Below, one piece after another: positions 9,952 through 18,559 of a stretch of DNA of 64,000 bases. A program made the position numbers and the translations under genes. Below the pieces are notes generated by a model. That model was not told the DNA's origin and ran no database searches. It saw only the letters and a program-made list of their open reading frames with translations. The stretch's first letter is position 1. Each line of letters starts with the position of its first letter. Origin of the DNA: Alphaproteobacteria bacterium (lineage in GTDB: Bacteria; Pseudomonadota; Alphaproteobacteria; CALKHQ01); contig CBDDFZ010000002.1 of NCBI GenBank assembly GCA_965227515.1, forward strand, positions 576,001 to 640,000, written 5' to 3'.

Positions 9952-11001
9952 ATGAACTTCTGCTCTGACAACGCCACCGGTGCCGCGCCGGAGGTGCTGG
10001 CGGCGGTCGGCCGCGCCAATGCCGGCCCGGCCATGCCCTATGGCGACGACCCGCTGACGGCGGACATCTGCGCCCGCATCGCCGAGGTGTTCGAGACCGA
10101 GTGCGCGGTCTTCCTGCTCGCCACCGGCTCGGCCGCCAATGCGCTGGCGCTGTCGCAACTGGTGCCGCCGTTCGGCGCCGTCCTCTGCCACCCGATGAGC
10201 CACGTCAACACCGACGAGTGCGGCGGGCCGGAACTGTTCACCGGCGGCGCCAAGCTGGTCGCCATCGACGGGCCGGACGGCAAGATGGCGCTGGACGACA
10301 TCGCGCCGGTGATACGCCATGCCGAGGCGATGGGGGTGCACAACACACCGCCGCGCGCGCTCAGCCTGACCAACTCCAACGAGTGCGGGCAGGTGCTGAC
10401 GCCGGACGAGACGGCTGCCTATGCCAAGGTCGCCCACGCCCACGGCCTCAAGGTCCACATGGATGGCGCGCGGTTCGCCAATGCGCTGGCGGCGCTGGAC
10501 TGCGCACCCGCCGACGCGACATGGCGGGCCGGTGTCGACGTGCTGTCGTTCGGCGGCACCAAGAACGGCTGTTTCGCGGCCGAGGCGGTGGTGTTCTTCG
10601 ACCCCGCCCTCGCGCGCGAGTTCGGCTATCGCCGCAAGCGCGCCGGCCACCTGTGGTCGAAGCACCGCTTCATCGCAGCCCAGTTCGACGGCTATCTGGC
10701 CGACGGCAACTGGCTGCGCTTTGCCCGCCACGCCAACGCGATGGCCGCGCGGCTGGTCGAGGGCCTGTCCAATATACCCGGCTGTGCATTGGTGCGCCCG
10801 GCGCCGGCCAACGAGATCTTCTTCCACATGGACAAAGCGGTGCGCGACGGGCTGCGCGCCGCCGGCTTCCAGTTCTACGACTGGCCGCACGACGGACCGG
10901 ACGCGGTGCGCCTGGTCACCGCGTTCGACACCGATCCGGACCATGTCGACGCGCTGGTCGGCAAGGCGCGCGACCTCGCCGCCCAAGCCAACGCCGCTTG
11001 A
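9952..11001 (+). CDS. ltaE: Low-specificity L-threonine aldolase (PLP-dependent)
   Basis: F-SDN, YG-D, TGSAANALAL, HMDGARFANA, DVLSFGGTKNG, RKRAGHL-SK-RF. Confidence 0.9.
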   Translation: MNFCSDNATGAAPEVLAAVGRANAGPAMPYGDDPLTADICARIAEVFETECAVFLLATGSAANALALSQLVPPFGAVLCHPMSHVNTDECGGPELFTGGAKLVAIDGPDGKMALDDIAPVIRHAEAMGVHNTPPRALSLTNSNECGQVLTPDETAAYAKVAHAHGLKVHMDGARFANALAALDCAPADATWRAGVDVLSFGGTKNGCFAAEAVVFFDPALAREFGYRRKRAGHLWSKHRFIAAQFDGYLADGNWLRFARHANAMAARLVEGLSNIPGCALVRPAPANEIFFHMDKAVRDGLRAAGFQFYDWPHDGPDAVRLVTAFDTDPDHVDALVGKARDLAAQANAA

Positions 11002-11011
11002 TAACCGACGG

Positions 11012-11704
11012 CTACGAGACCCGCTTGGCCTCGACCGCGAAGGGGCTGAGCCCCAGCCACGTCTGCATGTTGTCCGCCACCTGCCGGTTGCCGGTCAGCT
11101 CAAGCCGGTCCCGCGCCTCGCGCACCGTAGTCAACCCCATCCAGATCGCGGTCATCGTGCGCAGGTCGGTCGACACATAAAGGTCGACGTCGAAGCCGGG
11201 ATCGACACCGCACAGGTCGACCTCGCCCTGTGGCTCCACGACCAGCCACCAATGGCGCTTCGGTGTCGAAAGCTCCGGGTACAGAAATTGTATCACCACC
11301 CGCTGGTCGGGCAGTGGTGTCGGGTCCAGATTGCGGCGCATGTCCCACATCAACAGCGACGGATCCAGGTTCTTCAGCGACGCCTGGGACTCCACCCATT
11401 TCTGCCCCCAGAATCCCATCGCCTCCACCACCGGGCGCAGGTCGCGGCCGGCGTCCGTCAGCACGTACTCGTAGGCGCCACGCTCCGCCGGCAGGGCCCG
11501 TCGCGCCACGATGCCGGAGACTTCCAGCTCCTTCAGCCGTTGCGACAGCAGGCTCGGCGACATCTTCGGCACACCACGGCGCAGGTCGTTGAACCGGGTC
11601 GACCCGGCGATCAGCTCGCGCATCAGCACCATGGTCCATCTCGAGCACAGGATTTCCGCCGCCATGGCGACCGGACAGAACTGCTTGTAGCCGGCGTTCG
11701 ACAT
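11012..11704 (-). CDS. HxlR-family winged-helix regulator with C-terminal SCP2-like extension
   Basis: YKQFCPVAMAAE-L--RWT, RFNDLRRGVP-MS--LLS-RLKEL, DP-LLMWDM-R. Confidence 0.88.
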   Translation of the reverse strand: MSNAGYKQFCPVAMAAEILCSRWTMVLMRELIAGSTRFNDLRRGVPKMSPSLLSQRLKELEVSGIVARRALPAERGAYEYVLTDAGRDLRPVVEAMGFWGQKWVESQASLKNLDPSLLMWDMRRNLDPTPLPDQRVVIQFLYPELSTPKRHWWLVVEPQGEVDLCGVDPGFDVDLYVSTDLRTMTAIWMGLTTVREARDRLELTGNRQVADNMQTWLGLSPFAVEAKRVS

Positions 11705-11767
11705 GCTTCCCCCCATCGCTGCAACACGTAACGGTCACGAGGATAGGAACCGCCGGCGCATCGGCCT

Positions 11768-11806
11768 AGTACAGAAACTGTATCGCCCCGGTACAGATGC
11801 CGGACT
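11768..11806. promoter_or_regulatory. Putative HxlR operator (TACAG-AAA-CTGTA palindrome plus a degenerate second copy)
   Basis: GTACAGAAACTGTATC at about 11769-11784 and GTACAGATGCCGGACT at 11791-11806, in the divergent promoter region. Confidence 0.55.
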
Positions 11807-11895
11807 GGAGGTCCGAACGGCGGTTGCGCGAGCCTGTAGGACCGCGGCGTGCAACGACTCCACACGACCCGCCGCGCGACAACCAGGAGGCAGAC

Positions 11896-12180
11896 ATGGC
11901 ACTGAATCGCTACATCATCGAACGCGAAATTCCCGCGGTCGGATCTCTGGAGCGCGCGCAACTGGCCGGCGCGGCGGCGAAGTCCAACCAGGCGCTCTCG
12001 CAGCTTGGGCCGGATATCCAGTGGGTCGAGAGCTTCGTGGCCGGCGACAAGACGTTCTGCGTCTATCTGGCCAGCGGCGAGGACATCATCGCCAAGCACG
12101 CCGAGATCAGCGGCTTCCCGGCGTCGAAGGTCACCCTGGTGCGCAAGATGATCGACCCGACAACGGAACAGGCGGCCTGA
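11896..12180 (+). CDS. DUF4242-family protein
   Basis: RBS AGGAGG; YIIERE-P, IQWVES-V--DKTFCVY-A, HAE-SGFPA. Confidence 0.88.
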   Translation: MALNRYIIEREIPAVGSLERAQLAGAAAKSNQALSQLGPDIQWVESFVAGDKTFCVYLASGEDIIAKHAEISGFPASKVTLVRKMIDPTTEQAA

Positions 12181-12220
12181 CCGGCGGAGCGGCAGCGGGG
12201 TGGGGCCGCCTGATGGCGGT

Positions 12221-12430
12221 CTACTCCGCCGCCCGCTTCGGCTTGCCCAGGACCGAGACCGGTGTCGCGCCCACATACCAGTCCTCGGCCTCGACGTCCT
12301 CGAACACCACCCACACCGCCTCGTCCGGCAGGTCGGCGACCTCTGCGATGGCGGCGGTAACGCGCCGGGCCATCTCGTCCTTGCGAGATTGCGGGTGCCC
12401 CTTGAGGATGCGGATGTTCACGAACGGCAT
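12221..12430 (-). CDS. 4-oxalocrotonate tautomerase family protein
   Basis: Catalytic Pro-1 (MPFVNI), 69 aa, V-V-FE-V---DWYVG. Confidence 0.9.
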   Translation of the reverse strand: MPFVNIRILKGHPQSRKDEMARRVTAAIAEVADLPDEAVWVVFEDVEAEDWYVGATPVSVLGKPKRAAE

Positions 12431-12538
12431 GCGGTTCCCTCCCGATTTTGGCCGTATCCTGCGCCCGCCCGCACGGTCTTGTCCATTGCCGTGCGGGCGG
12501 CGGAAGAGAAGCCGTCAGCGGCGAGAGGCGGCCGTCGG

Positions 12539-12880
12539 CTACTGAACGACCTGCAGTTCCAGCAGTATCGGGTTCGGGTTGGACTGACGGGGCGGCGGCG
12601 CCATGGTGTCCGCACCATCGAACACGGGCCGGCCCGCACCGCCGGGACGCACGTTGTTGGCCGGATCGAAGGTGCAGTCCGACCAGTCCGCGGCGCAGAT
12701 GACGCAGCCGTCCTCGGTGCAACAGGCCTGGATCGCGCTGCCGGGCGGCTGCGGAATGATCTCGCCGTCGAGCATGCAAATTTCGAGCGGGTCCGCCCCC
12801 TGTTGCGGCGCGGCCTGGGCCGGCAGCAGCGGGATCGAGGCGAAGGCAACCACGGCGGCGAGGGTGAGGAGTTTCGGCAT
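12539..12880 (-). CDS. Small secreted Cys-rich hypothetical protein
   Basis: RBS AGGAG, signal peptide ending AQA, six Cys (C-x17-CC-x4-C-x2-C-x6-C), Pro-rich tail. Confidence 0.7.
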   Translation of the reverse strand: MPKLLTLAAVVAFASIPLLPAQAAPQQGADPLEICMLDGEIIPQPPGSAIQACCTEDGCVICAADWSDCTFDPANNVRPGGAGRPVFDGADTMAPPPRQSNPNPILLELQVVQ

Positions 12881-13032
12881 CTGCGGCTCCTGTGTCCGTG
12901 TATGGCTGGGGGCCGGCCGCGTGATATCGCAATCCGGCAGAAGCGCAGGTGGTGGGCAAAGATGACGAAGGTTTGCAGGTGGTGTGATGGCGCGCACAGG
13001 GGAGGCAGACGGGCGCGCAGGCGCAGCAAGGT

Positions 13033-13911
13033 TCAGCGCGGGCCGACAGCGATCTCCTCATGGACGCCGATGGCGTCGGCGAGCACGTCCCGGTCGACGT
13101 CCCGCGGATTCCATTCGGCCGCCACCCGGCCATTGCGCAGCAGCACGATCCGGTCGGCGAGTTGCAGCACCTCCTCGACATCGTGGCTGACGAACAGCAC
13201 CGCGCCGCCGCGGTCGCAGAAATGCCGGGCCAGCCGCAACACGGTCTCGGTTTGGGCGACGCCCAGAGACGCGGTGGGCTCGTCCAGCAGCAGCACCCGC
13301 GCATCGGCCCGCAGGGCGCGCGCGACGGCAATCGCCTGGCGCTGACCGCCGGAGAGGTTGCGCACCCGGGTTCCCCGGACCGGCACGTCGATGCCGAAAT
13401 CGCGAAAGATGCGCGTCGCCTCGCGCCGCATGGCCCGGTGATCGACGATGCTGAGCAACGGACCCAGCACGGCACGCCGCGGCTCGTCGCCCAGGAACAG
13501 GTTGGCGGTGGCGTCCAGATTGCCGCACAGCGCCAGATCCTGATACGCGGTCGCAATGCCGGCGGCCATGGCGTCACGCGGCCGGGCGAAATGTGCCGGC
13601 GCACCGTCGACCAGAATTTCTCCCGCGTCCGGCTCCAGGGCGCCTGATAACAGCTTGATCAGGGTCGTCTTGCCGGCGCCGTTGTCGCCGATCAGAGCAA
13701 CCGCCTCGCCGGCATGTAGATCGAGGTCGATGCCCGCAATCGCCGGGCGGCCGCCAAAGCCCTTCCATGCATCGCGCAGGGCCAGGACGGTCGGCGGCCC
13801 ATCAATACGTGGCTGGGGCTCTGGATCGTTGCTTTCGGGCTGCACGGTTCGGTTGTCGTCGGTCGGATGCCAGGGGCCACCACCTTGGTGTTTTCGGCAG
13901 CCCCGTGGCAA
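13033..13911 (-). CDS. Sugar-type (CUT2) single-domain ABC ATPase, orphan
   Basis: GDNGAGKT, YQDLAL, LSGGQRQ, LLLDEPTA, VSH. True start probably lies downstream of 13911. Confidence 0.85.
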   Translation of the reverse strand: MPRGCRKHQGGGPWHPTDDNRTVQPESNDPEPQPRIDGPPTVLALRDAWKGFGGRPAIAGIDLDLHAGEAVALIGDNGAGKTTLIKLLSGALEPDAGEILVDGAPAHFARPRDAMAAGIATAYQDLALCGNLDATANLFLGDEPRRAVLGPLLSIVDHRAMRREATRIFRDFGIDVPVRGTRVRNLSGGQRQAIAVARALRADARVLLLDEPTASLGVAQTETVLRLARHFCDRGGAVLFVSHDVEEVLQLADRIVLLRNGRVAAEWNPRDVDRDVLADAIGVHEEIAVGPR

Positions 13912-13926
13912 GCGTGGATGATCTCC

Positions 13927-14427
13927 TTATTCAGCAACCGCCGTGCGCAGGTCGGCGATGTGGCCGTCCCAACCGGCGTCCAGCGCGCTCAACAGGCCGA
14001 ATGCCTCGCCGGACGGCAGGCCCTCGTGGGTCAGCGTCAGGCGGGTGCCGCCTGCAACCTCGTCGAGTTGGTAGGTCACAGTGGTCATCCGGCCGGCCAG
14101 CGGCTTTACGGTGAAGGTGGTGACCAGGCGGCGCGGCGGGTCCGCCTCGATGACGTTGCCCCAGCACAGCGGCTCGGCCTTGCCGTCGTTGCCGGTGGCG
14201 AGCAGGGCGTAGTCGCGGCCCTGCGCGAGGTCGGCATCGGCGCGGTGGAACCAGCGCGCCAGCTTGTCGGCCTGGGTGAGATACGCCCACACCACCTCGC
14301 GCGGCGCGGGGAAGACGGCGGTCTTGGTCAGAACCACGTTGTCGGGGTCGTCGGTTTGCTGGGGCACACGGTTGGCTGCGATGGCGGACATAACGGTTGT
14401 CTCCAGTGGGTTTGCGGTGTCGGTCAT
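13927..14427 (-). CDS. SRPBCC/AHSA1 domain protein
   Basis: APRE-VW--LT----L--WF, DPP-RL, T-LTL-H, GWD motifs; coupled to the ArsR gene. Confidence 0.88.
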   Translation of the reverse strand: MTDTANPLETTVMSAIAANRVPQQTDDPDNVVLTKTAVFPAPREVVWAYLTQADKLARWFHRADADLAQGRDYALLATGNDGKAEPLCWGNVIEADPPRRLVTTFTVKPLAGRMTTVTYQLDEVAGGTRLTLTHEGLPSGEAFGLLSALDAGWDGHIADLRTAVAE

Positions 14428-14756
14428 TTCCGGTCTTCGGCGATGGCGCGGCCCAGGTCGGCGAGGCGCCGATCCCAGAACCGGTCGAAGTAGGCGAGCC
14501 AGTCGGCGGCCTGGCGCAGACCGTCCGGCTCCAGCCGGTTGAGCCGCTCGCGCCCGGCGGTGCGCACGCTGATCAGCGCGCCTTCCTCCAGGACCGTCAG
14601 GTGCTTCTTGATCGCCGCCCGGGTCATCGGGAAGCGCTCGGCAATGGCGCCGATGGTCATCTCGCCATCGGCGAGCTGCATCAGGATCGCGCGGCGGGTG
14701 GGGTCGGCCAGCGCACGGAACGCATCCTGGATGTCGCTGTTCGCCTGCATGGTCAC
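14424..14756 (-). CDS. ArsR/SmtB family transcriptional regulator
   Basis: FRALADPTRR-IL--L, AIKKHL-VLE-G-L, FWD-RL--L; RBS GGGAG before the GTG/ATG start. Confidence 0.9.
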   Translation of the reverse strand: MTMQANSDIQDAFRALADPTRRAILMQLADGEMTIGAIAERFPMTRAAIKKHLTVLEEGALISVRTAGRERLNRLEPDGLRQAADWLAYFDRFWDRRLADLGRAIAEDRK

Positions 14757-14769
14757 GGCGATCTCCCTA

Positions 14770-14822
14770 ACATGAAACCAAACGGTATCGCGTTTATATG
14801 ATACCATGCGGTTTCATGTCAA
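14770..14822 (-). promoter_or_regulatory. Sigma70-type promoter overlapped by a double ArsR-type operator
   Basis: Minus strand TTGACA-N18-TATAAA; boxes GAAACC-N4-GGTATC and GATACC-N4-GGTTTC form a larger inverted repeat ACATGAAACC...GGTTTCATGT. Confidence 0.75.
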
Positions 14823-14852
14823 GGGCCTCGACTGATGTGGGCCTGTCTGCGC

Positions 14853-15671
14853 CTAGCCGCCCTCGCAGTCCTCCGGCACGGTGCTGCCCATGCCGGCGGC
14901 CTCCACCTGCTTGCAGCGGCGGAAGAACACGTCGTGCAATGGCCGCGCCCGCCGCTTCGCGGGGTCGACGCCACGCACCGCCTGCATCCGTTTCGCCAGC
15001 GTGTCGACGTCGGGCAGCGGCGTCTTGGCGGCGCCGACCGCGTCGGCGGCCTGGCCGAGGCCGCTGCACTGCCGGCACATACCGTTCTTGTTGACCAGCG
15101 CGCACAGCCCCTCGTAGCGCCCTTCCATGCTCGTCCGTGCGGCGGCCAGCCGATGGCGCAGCACCGACTCCGAGATGCCGAGCACGTCCGCCGCCTCGCG
15201 GTTGGAGAAGTCCATCACGTCGCGCAGCACCAGGGTGGCCTGCTCGTCCGGCGGCAGCGAGCGGCCGATGCACACGAAGCAGTAGGCGACGTGCTCCTTG
15301 GCATCGAACACGAACTCCGGCTCCATCATGCTGGCGATCACCTCGCCCTGCCATTCCTCGCTGGTGGCGCAGAGGTTGGCGTAGGCGATCTGGCTTTCGC
15401 GCCGCCAGCGTTTCTGCGCGCGCAGATGGTCGATGGCGGTACGTCCGGCAATCGCGATCAGCCAGGTGGAGAACGCGGACCGGCCGTCGAAGCCGGCGAT
15501 GCCGCTCCACGCCTTGGCGAGTGCCGCCTGGGCCAGGTCCTCGCAGTCCTCCGGGTGGCCGATCATGCGCCACAGGAAGCCCTTCAGCTTCGGCATCGCG
15601 GTGGCGACGGCGGCGTCGAACGCCGCCCGGTCGCCGGATTGCAGCCTCTCGGTGAGGGTTGCGGTCGCCAT
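14853..15671 (-). CDS. ECF sigma factor with Cys-rich C-terminal extension
   Basis: Region 2 (EDLAQ, FDGRSAFSTWL--IA), region 4 (LVLRDV--FS--EAA--LG-SE----RL--AR), then CALVNKNGMCRQC. Confidence 0.88.
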   Translation of the reverse strand: MATATLTERLQSGDRAAFDAAVATAMPKLKGFLWRMIGHPEDCEDLAQAALAKAWSGIAGFDGRSAFSTWLIAIAGRTAIDHLRAQKRWRRESQIAYANLCATSEEWQGEVIASMMEPEFVFDAKEHVAYCFVCIGRSLPPDEQATLVLRDVMDFSNREAADVLGISESVLRHRLAAARTSMEGRYEGLCALVNKNGMCRQCSGLGQAADAVGAAKTPLPDVDTLAKRMQAVRGVDPAKRRARPLHDVFFRRCKQVEAAGMGSTVPEDCEGG

Positions 15672-15674
15672 GGC

Positions 15675-16268
15675 TCAGCCCGCCGCGGTCTGGGCGAAGC
15701 TTGGCCTTGCCTGGCTGCGCGCGAACCAGGCCCGCAGGCGCGGGCGGGCGTCGACCACATGGCCGTCGCCGCACTGCGCGATGTGATAGTCCAGCATCGG
15801 CGCGAACATCAGGTCGCCCAGGCCGACGTTGGCGCCGCCGAGCCAGTCGTGCCCGTTCAAGCGTGCCTCCAGCCAGTCGAACACCTTGGCCGCCCCGGCC
15901 ATGTTGTCGGGGTCGGGGGTGTCGCCTTCGCCCTTGGTGTGCACCACGGGGCGGTAGGCATAGTCGACCGCGACCGAGGCATCGGTCAATGCGGCCGCGC
16001 GTGCGGCGCCGTCGGCCGGCATGAGCGCCGGCCCGCCAAACGCTTTGTCCAGGTAGTCGACGATGGCCAGCGTCTCATAGACCGTGGTCTCGCCATGGGT
16101 CATTACCGGCATCTTGCCGAACGGATGCAGCGCGAAGTGGTCCGGCGTGCCATAGGCCAGTGGCCGCAGTTCGTGATCGACACCCTTCTCGATCGCCGCC
16201 ATGCGGGCGGTGCGGGTGTAGGTGGACGGCGCGAAACCGTGGATTGTGACAGTCGACATGGTGCTCAC
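15675..16268 (-). CDS. Glutathione S-transferase family protein
   Basis: STY-R-AR, HPFGK-PV, YET-AI--YLD, WL-G----L-DL, RPSF. Confidence 0.9.
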   Translation of the reverse strand: MSTMSTVTIHGFAPSTYTRTARMAAIEKGVDHELRPLAYGTPDHFALHPFGKMPVMTHGETTVYETLAIVDYLDKAFGGPALMPADGAARAAALTDASVAVDYAYRPVVHTKGEGDTPDPDNMAGAAKVFDWLEARLNGHDWLGGANVGLGDLMFAPMLDYHIAQCGDGHVVDARPRLRAWFARSQARPSFAQTAAG

Positions 16269-16359
16269 TCCTCTTGGTTGATGAAGAGTGAGACGTTCGG
16301 GCCGCCAAAACCCGCCAACCCTTTGAGTTTACGCGATTATTGGCATGCCCCGGTTTGGC

Positions 16360-16725
16360 TCAGGTGTAACCGTCCATAATGTCGTGGCAGGGGTTGGCGG
16401 CGTCGTAGTCGTACTCGTACGCCCAATCGACGATGTCGCCGAACGGATCGACCTCGAGCGTGATGGCGCAGTACCACTGCTCCTGCCAGGCCTCGTTCCA
16501 GTAGCTGTATTCCCAGGTCAGGTCCTTGGCACCGTCGGCATAGTCGTAGACCTCGTCGGGTCGGCCCCAACGGTCGATGATGGTGCGCTCGCTTTGCCCC
16601 AGCACCTGGTCCAGCCGCTCCGCCGCCGTCGGCCCTTGCTGCCCGCCGAGCGAAGAAACGCAAGCGGTCGTTGTCAGGGTCAGAGAAACGGCCAGAGCCA
16701 ACTTGTTGAGATGTTTCAGGGCCAT
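16360..16725 (-). CDS. Hypothetical lipoprotein
   Basis: Signal peptide with lipobox-like TTAC, LG-S---I---WG-PD motif, RBS AAAGGAA. Confidence 0.7.
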   Translation of the reverse strand: MALKHLNKLALAVSLTLTTTACVSSLGGQQGPTAAERLDQVLGQSERTIIDRWGRPDEVYDYADGAKDLTWEYSYWNEAWQEQWYCAITLEVDPFGDIVDWAYEYDYDAANPCHDIMDGYT

Positions 16726-16887
16726 GAACCGTTTCCTTTCATCGTGCTATGCGAAGTCGCCAACTAGGCACATCGTTGCATCGGCGCGTCAAGCCCGCGT
16801 GCCGGGCCTTGTCACGCAGGGTGGGCCATGGCCTGATGGACCCCTGGTTGCGAGCATGTCCCGGCGCCCAACAAAGAGTGGCTGACC

Positions 16888-17337
16888 ATGACCGACGAAC
16901 CTCAAGGATGGCGTCCGCCGCCCATCGTGCGGCCGCTTGCGATCGGCCTGGTCGAGCACAACGACACGATGCTGCTGATGCGTGTCGACGACAGTGCCGG
17001 CCAGTTGAAGGGCTGGCGCCCGCTCGGCGGCGGCATCGAGTTCGGCGAGACCGCGGAACAGGCGGTCAGGCGTGAGTTCCAGGAGGAAATCGGCCAGGAC
17101 CTGTCGGACCTGACCCGTATCGCGGTAATGGAAAACCTGTACGAGTTCAACGGCGCGCCGGGGCACGAGATCGTCTTCGTGTTTCGCTGCACGTTCGCCG
17201 ACGCCAACGCCAACGGCCGCGCGTTCAGCCACATCGAAGACGGTCAGGTCGTTGCCGCGCTGGATTGGGTGCCGCGTGCGCGCCTGGGGCCGTCGGAGCC
17301 GCTGTTCCCGGACGGCCTGTTGGATCACCTGCCGTAA
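16888..17337 (+). CDS. NUDIX hydrolase
   Basis: Nudix box GGGIEFGETAEQAVRREFQEEIG. Confidence 0.9.
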   Translation: MTDEPQGWRPPPIVRPLAIGLVEHNDTMLLMRVDDSAGQLKGWRPLGGGIEFGETAEQAVRREFQEEIGQDLSDLTRIAVMENLYEFNGAPGHEIVFVFRCTFADANANGRAFSHIEDGQVVAALDWVPRARLGPSEPLFPDGLLDHLP

Positions 17338-17479
17338 CGTCTTTACACGAAACCCTCACGCATCCGTGTCGTCGCCGGGGCCCGTCCCCGGTCGCGCATC
17401 CCCCCTGTAAGCGTTAACATTTTCCGCTGAAGGCAGAGGACGATACTGAAAAAGCCGCGAACCGACGGAGGGTCCCCCG

Positions 17480-18367
17480 ATGACACGCAAGACCGCCCAC
17501 GACTTCGACCAGGAACTGCTCGATCTTTATGACAAGTACGCGCACGGCATCATCGACCGGCGCAACTTCATGGACCGGGCCGCCAAGTTCGCTGTCGGCG
17601 GGCTGACCGTGACGGCGCTGGTGGACCAGCTGATGCCGCGCTATGCGCTGGCTGAGCAGGTGGCGCCCGACGACCCGTCGATCAGCGCCGACTACACCAC
17701 CTACAACTCGCCCGACGGCCACGGCGAGATTCGCGCCTATCTGGCGATGCCGGCCGATGCGTCCGGTCCGTTGCCGGGCGTGGTGGTGGTGCACGAGAAC
17801 CGCGGCCTGAACCCGTATATCGAGGATGTGGCGCGCCGGCTGGCGGTGGCCGGTTTCGTGGCGCTGGCGCCCGACGGTCTGACCCCGCTGGGCGGTTATC
17901 CCGGCAATGACGACGCCGGCCGCGAGATGCAGCGCGAGCTGGATGGCGACAAGCTGCGCAACGACTTCTTCGCCGCGTTCGAGAGCCTGCTGGCCCACGA
18001 GGCGACCACCGACAAGATCGGCGCCGTCGGCTTCTGTTATGGCGGCGGTATCTGCAACGCGCTGGCGGTGCAGTATCCGGGCCTGTCGGCCTCGGTACCG
18101 TTCTATGGCCGCCAGGCGGCGGCCGAGGACGTGCCGAAGATCCAGGCGCCGCTGATGCTGCACTACGCCGGGCTCGACGACCGCATCAACGAAGGCTGGC
18201 CAGCCTATGAGGCCGCGTTGATGGAGCATGGCAAGGAATACACCGCGCACTTCTATCCGGAGGTGAACCACGGCTTCCACAACGACACCACGCCCCGCTA
18301 CGACGCGGCGGCGGCGGAACTGGCGTGGGAGCGCACGATCGCCTTCTTCAACGAGAAGCTGGCCTGA
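17480..18367 (+). CDS. Dienelactone hydrolase family protein (YghX-like)
   Basis: LYD-YAHG-IDRR-F leader, [14 protein letters not shown] nucleophile, HGFHND-TPRY. Confidence 0.9.
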   Translation: MTRKTAHDFDQELLDLYDKYAHGIIDRRNFMDRAAKFAVGGLTVTALVDQLMPRYALAEQVAPDDPSISADYTTYNSPDGHGEIRAYLAMPADASGPLPGVVVVHENRGLNPYIEDVARRLAVAGFVALAPDGLTPLGGYPGNDDAGREMQRELDGDKLRNDFFAAFESLLAHEATTDKIGAVGFCYGGGICNALAVQYPGLSASVPFYGRQAAAEDVPKIQAPLMLHYAGLDDRINEGWPAYEAALMEHGKEYTAHFYPEVNHGFHNDTTPRYDAAAAELAWERTIAFFNEKLA

Positions 18368-18464
18368 TCCAGGCACTCCGTCCGGTACCCGGCAGGGTGC
18401 CGGACGACCTCGGCCACAACCGAAACAGCGGATGCCTAGATCGGGATCAGCTTTCGCTGAATCT

Positions 18465-18541
18465 GCACCAGCCCTCACCCCCACCCGGCCACCCACGAAA
18501 GTATTCTGTCTGGGTGGCCGGGTGGGGGTGAGGGCTGGTGC
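18465..18541. repeat. Perfect 31-bp inverted repeat with a 15-nt loop between convergent genes
   Basis: GCACCAGCCCTCACCCCCACCCGGCCACCCA ... TGGGTGGCCGGGTGGGGGTGAGGGCTGGTGC. Confidence 0.9.
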
Positions 18542-18559
18542 CGACTGAAACGATCAGGC

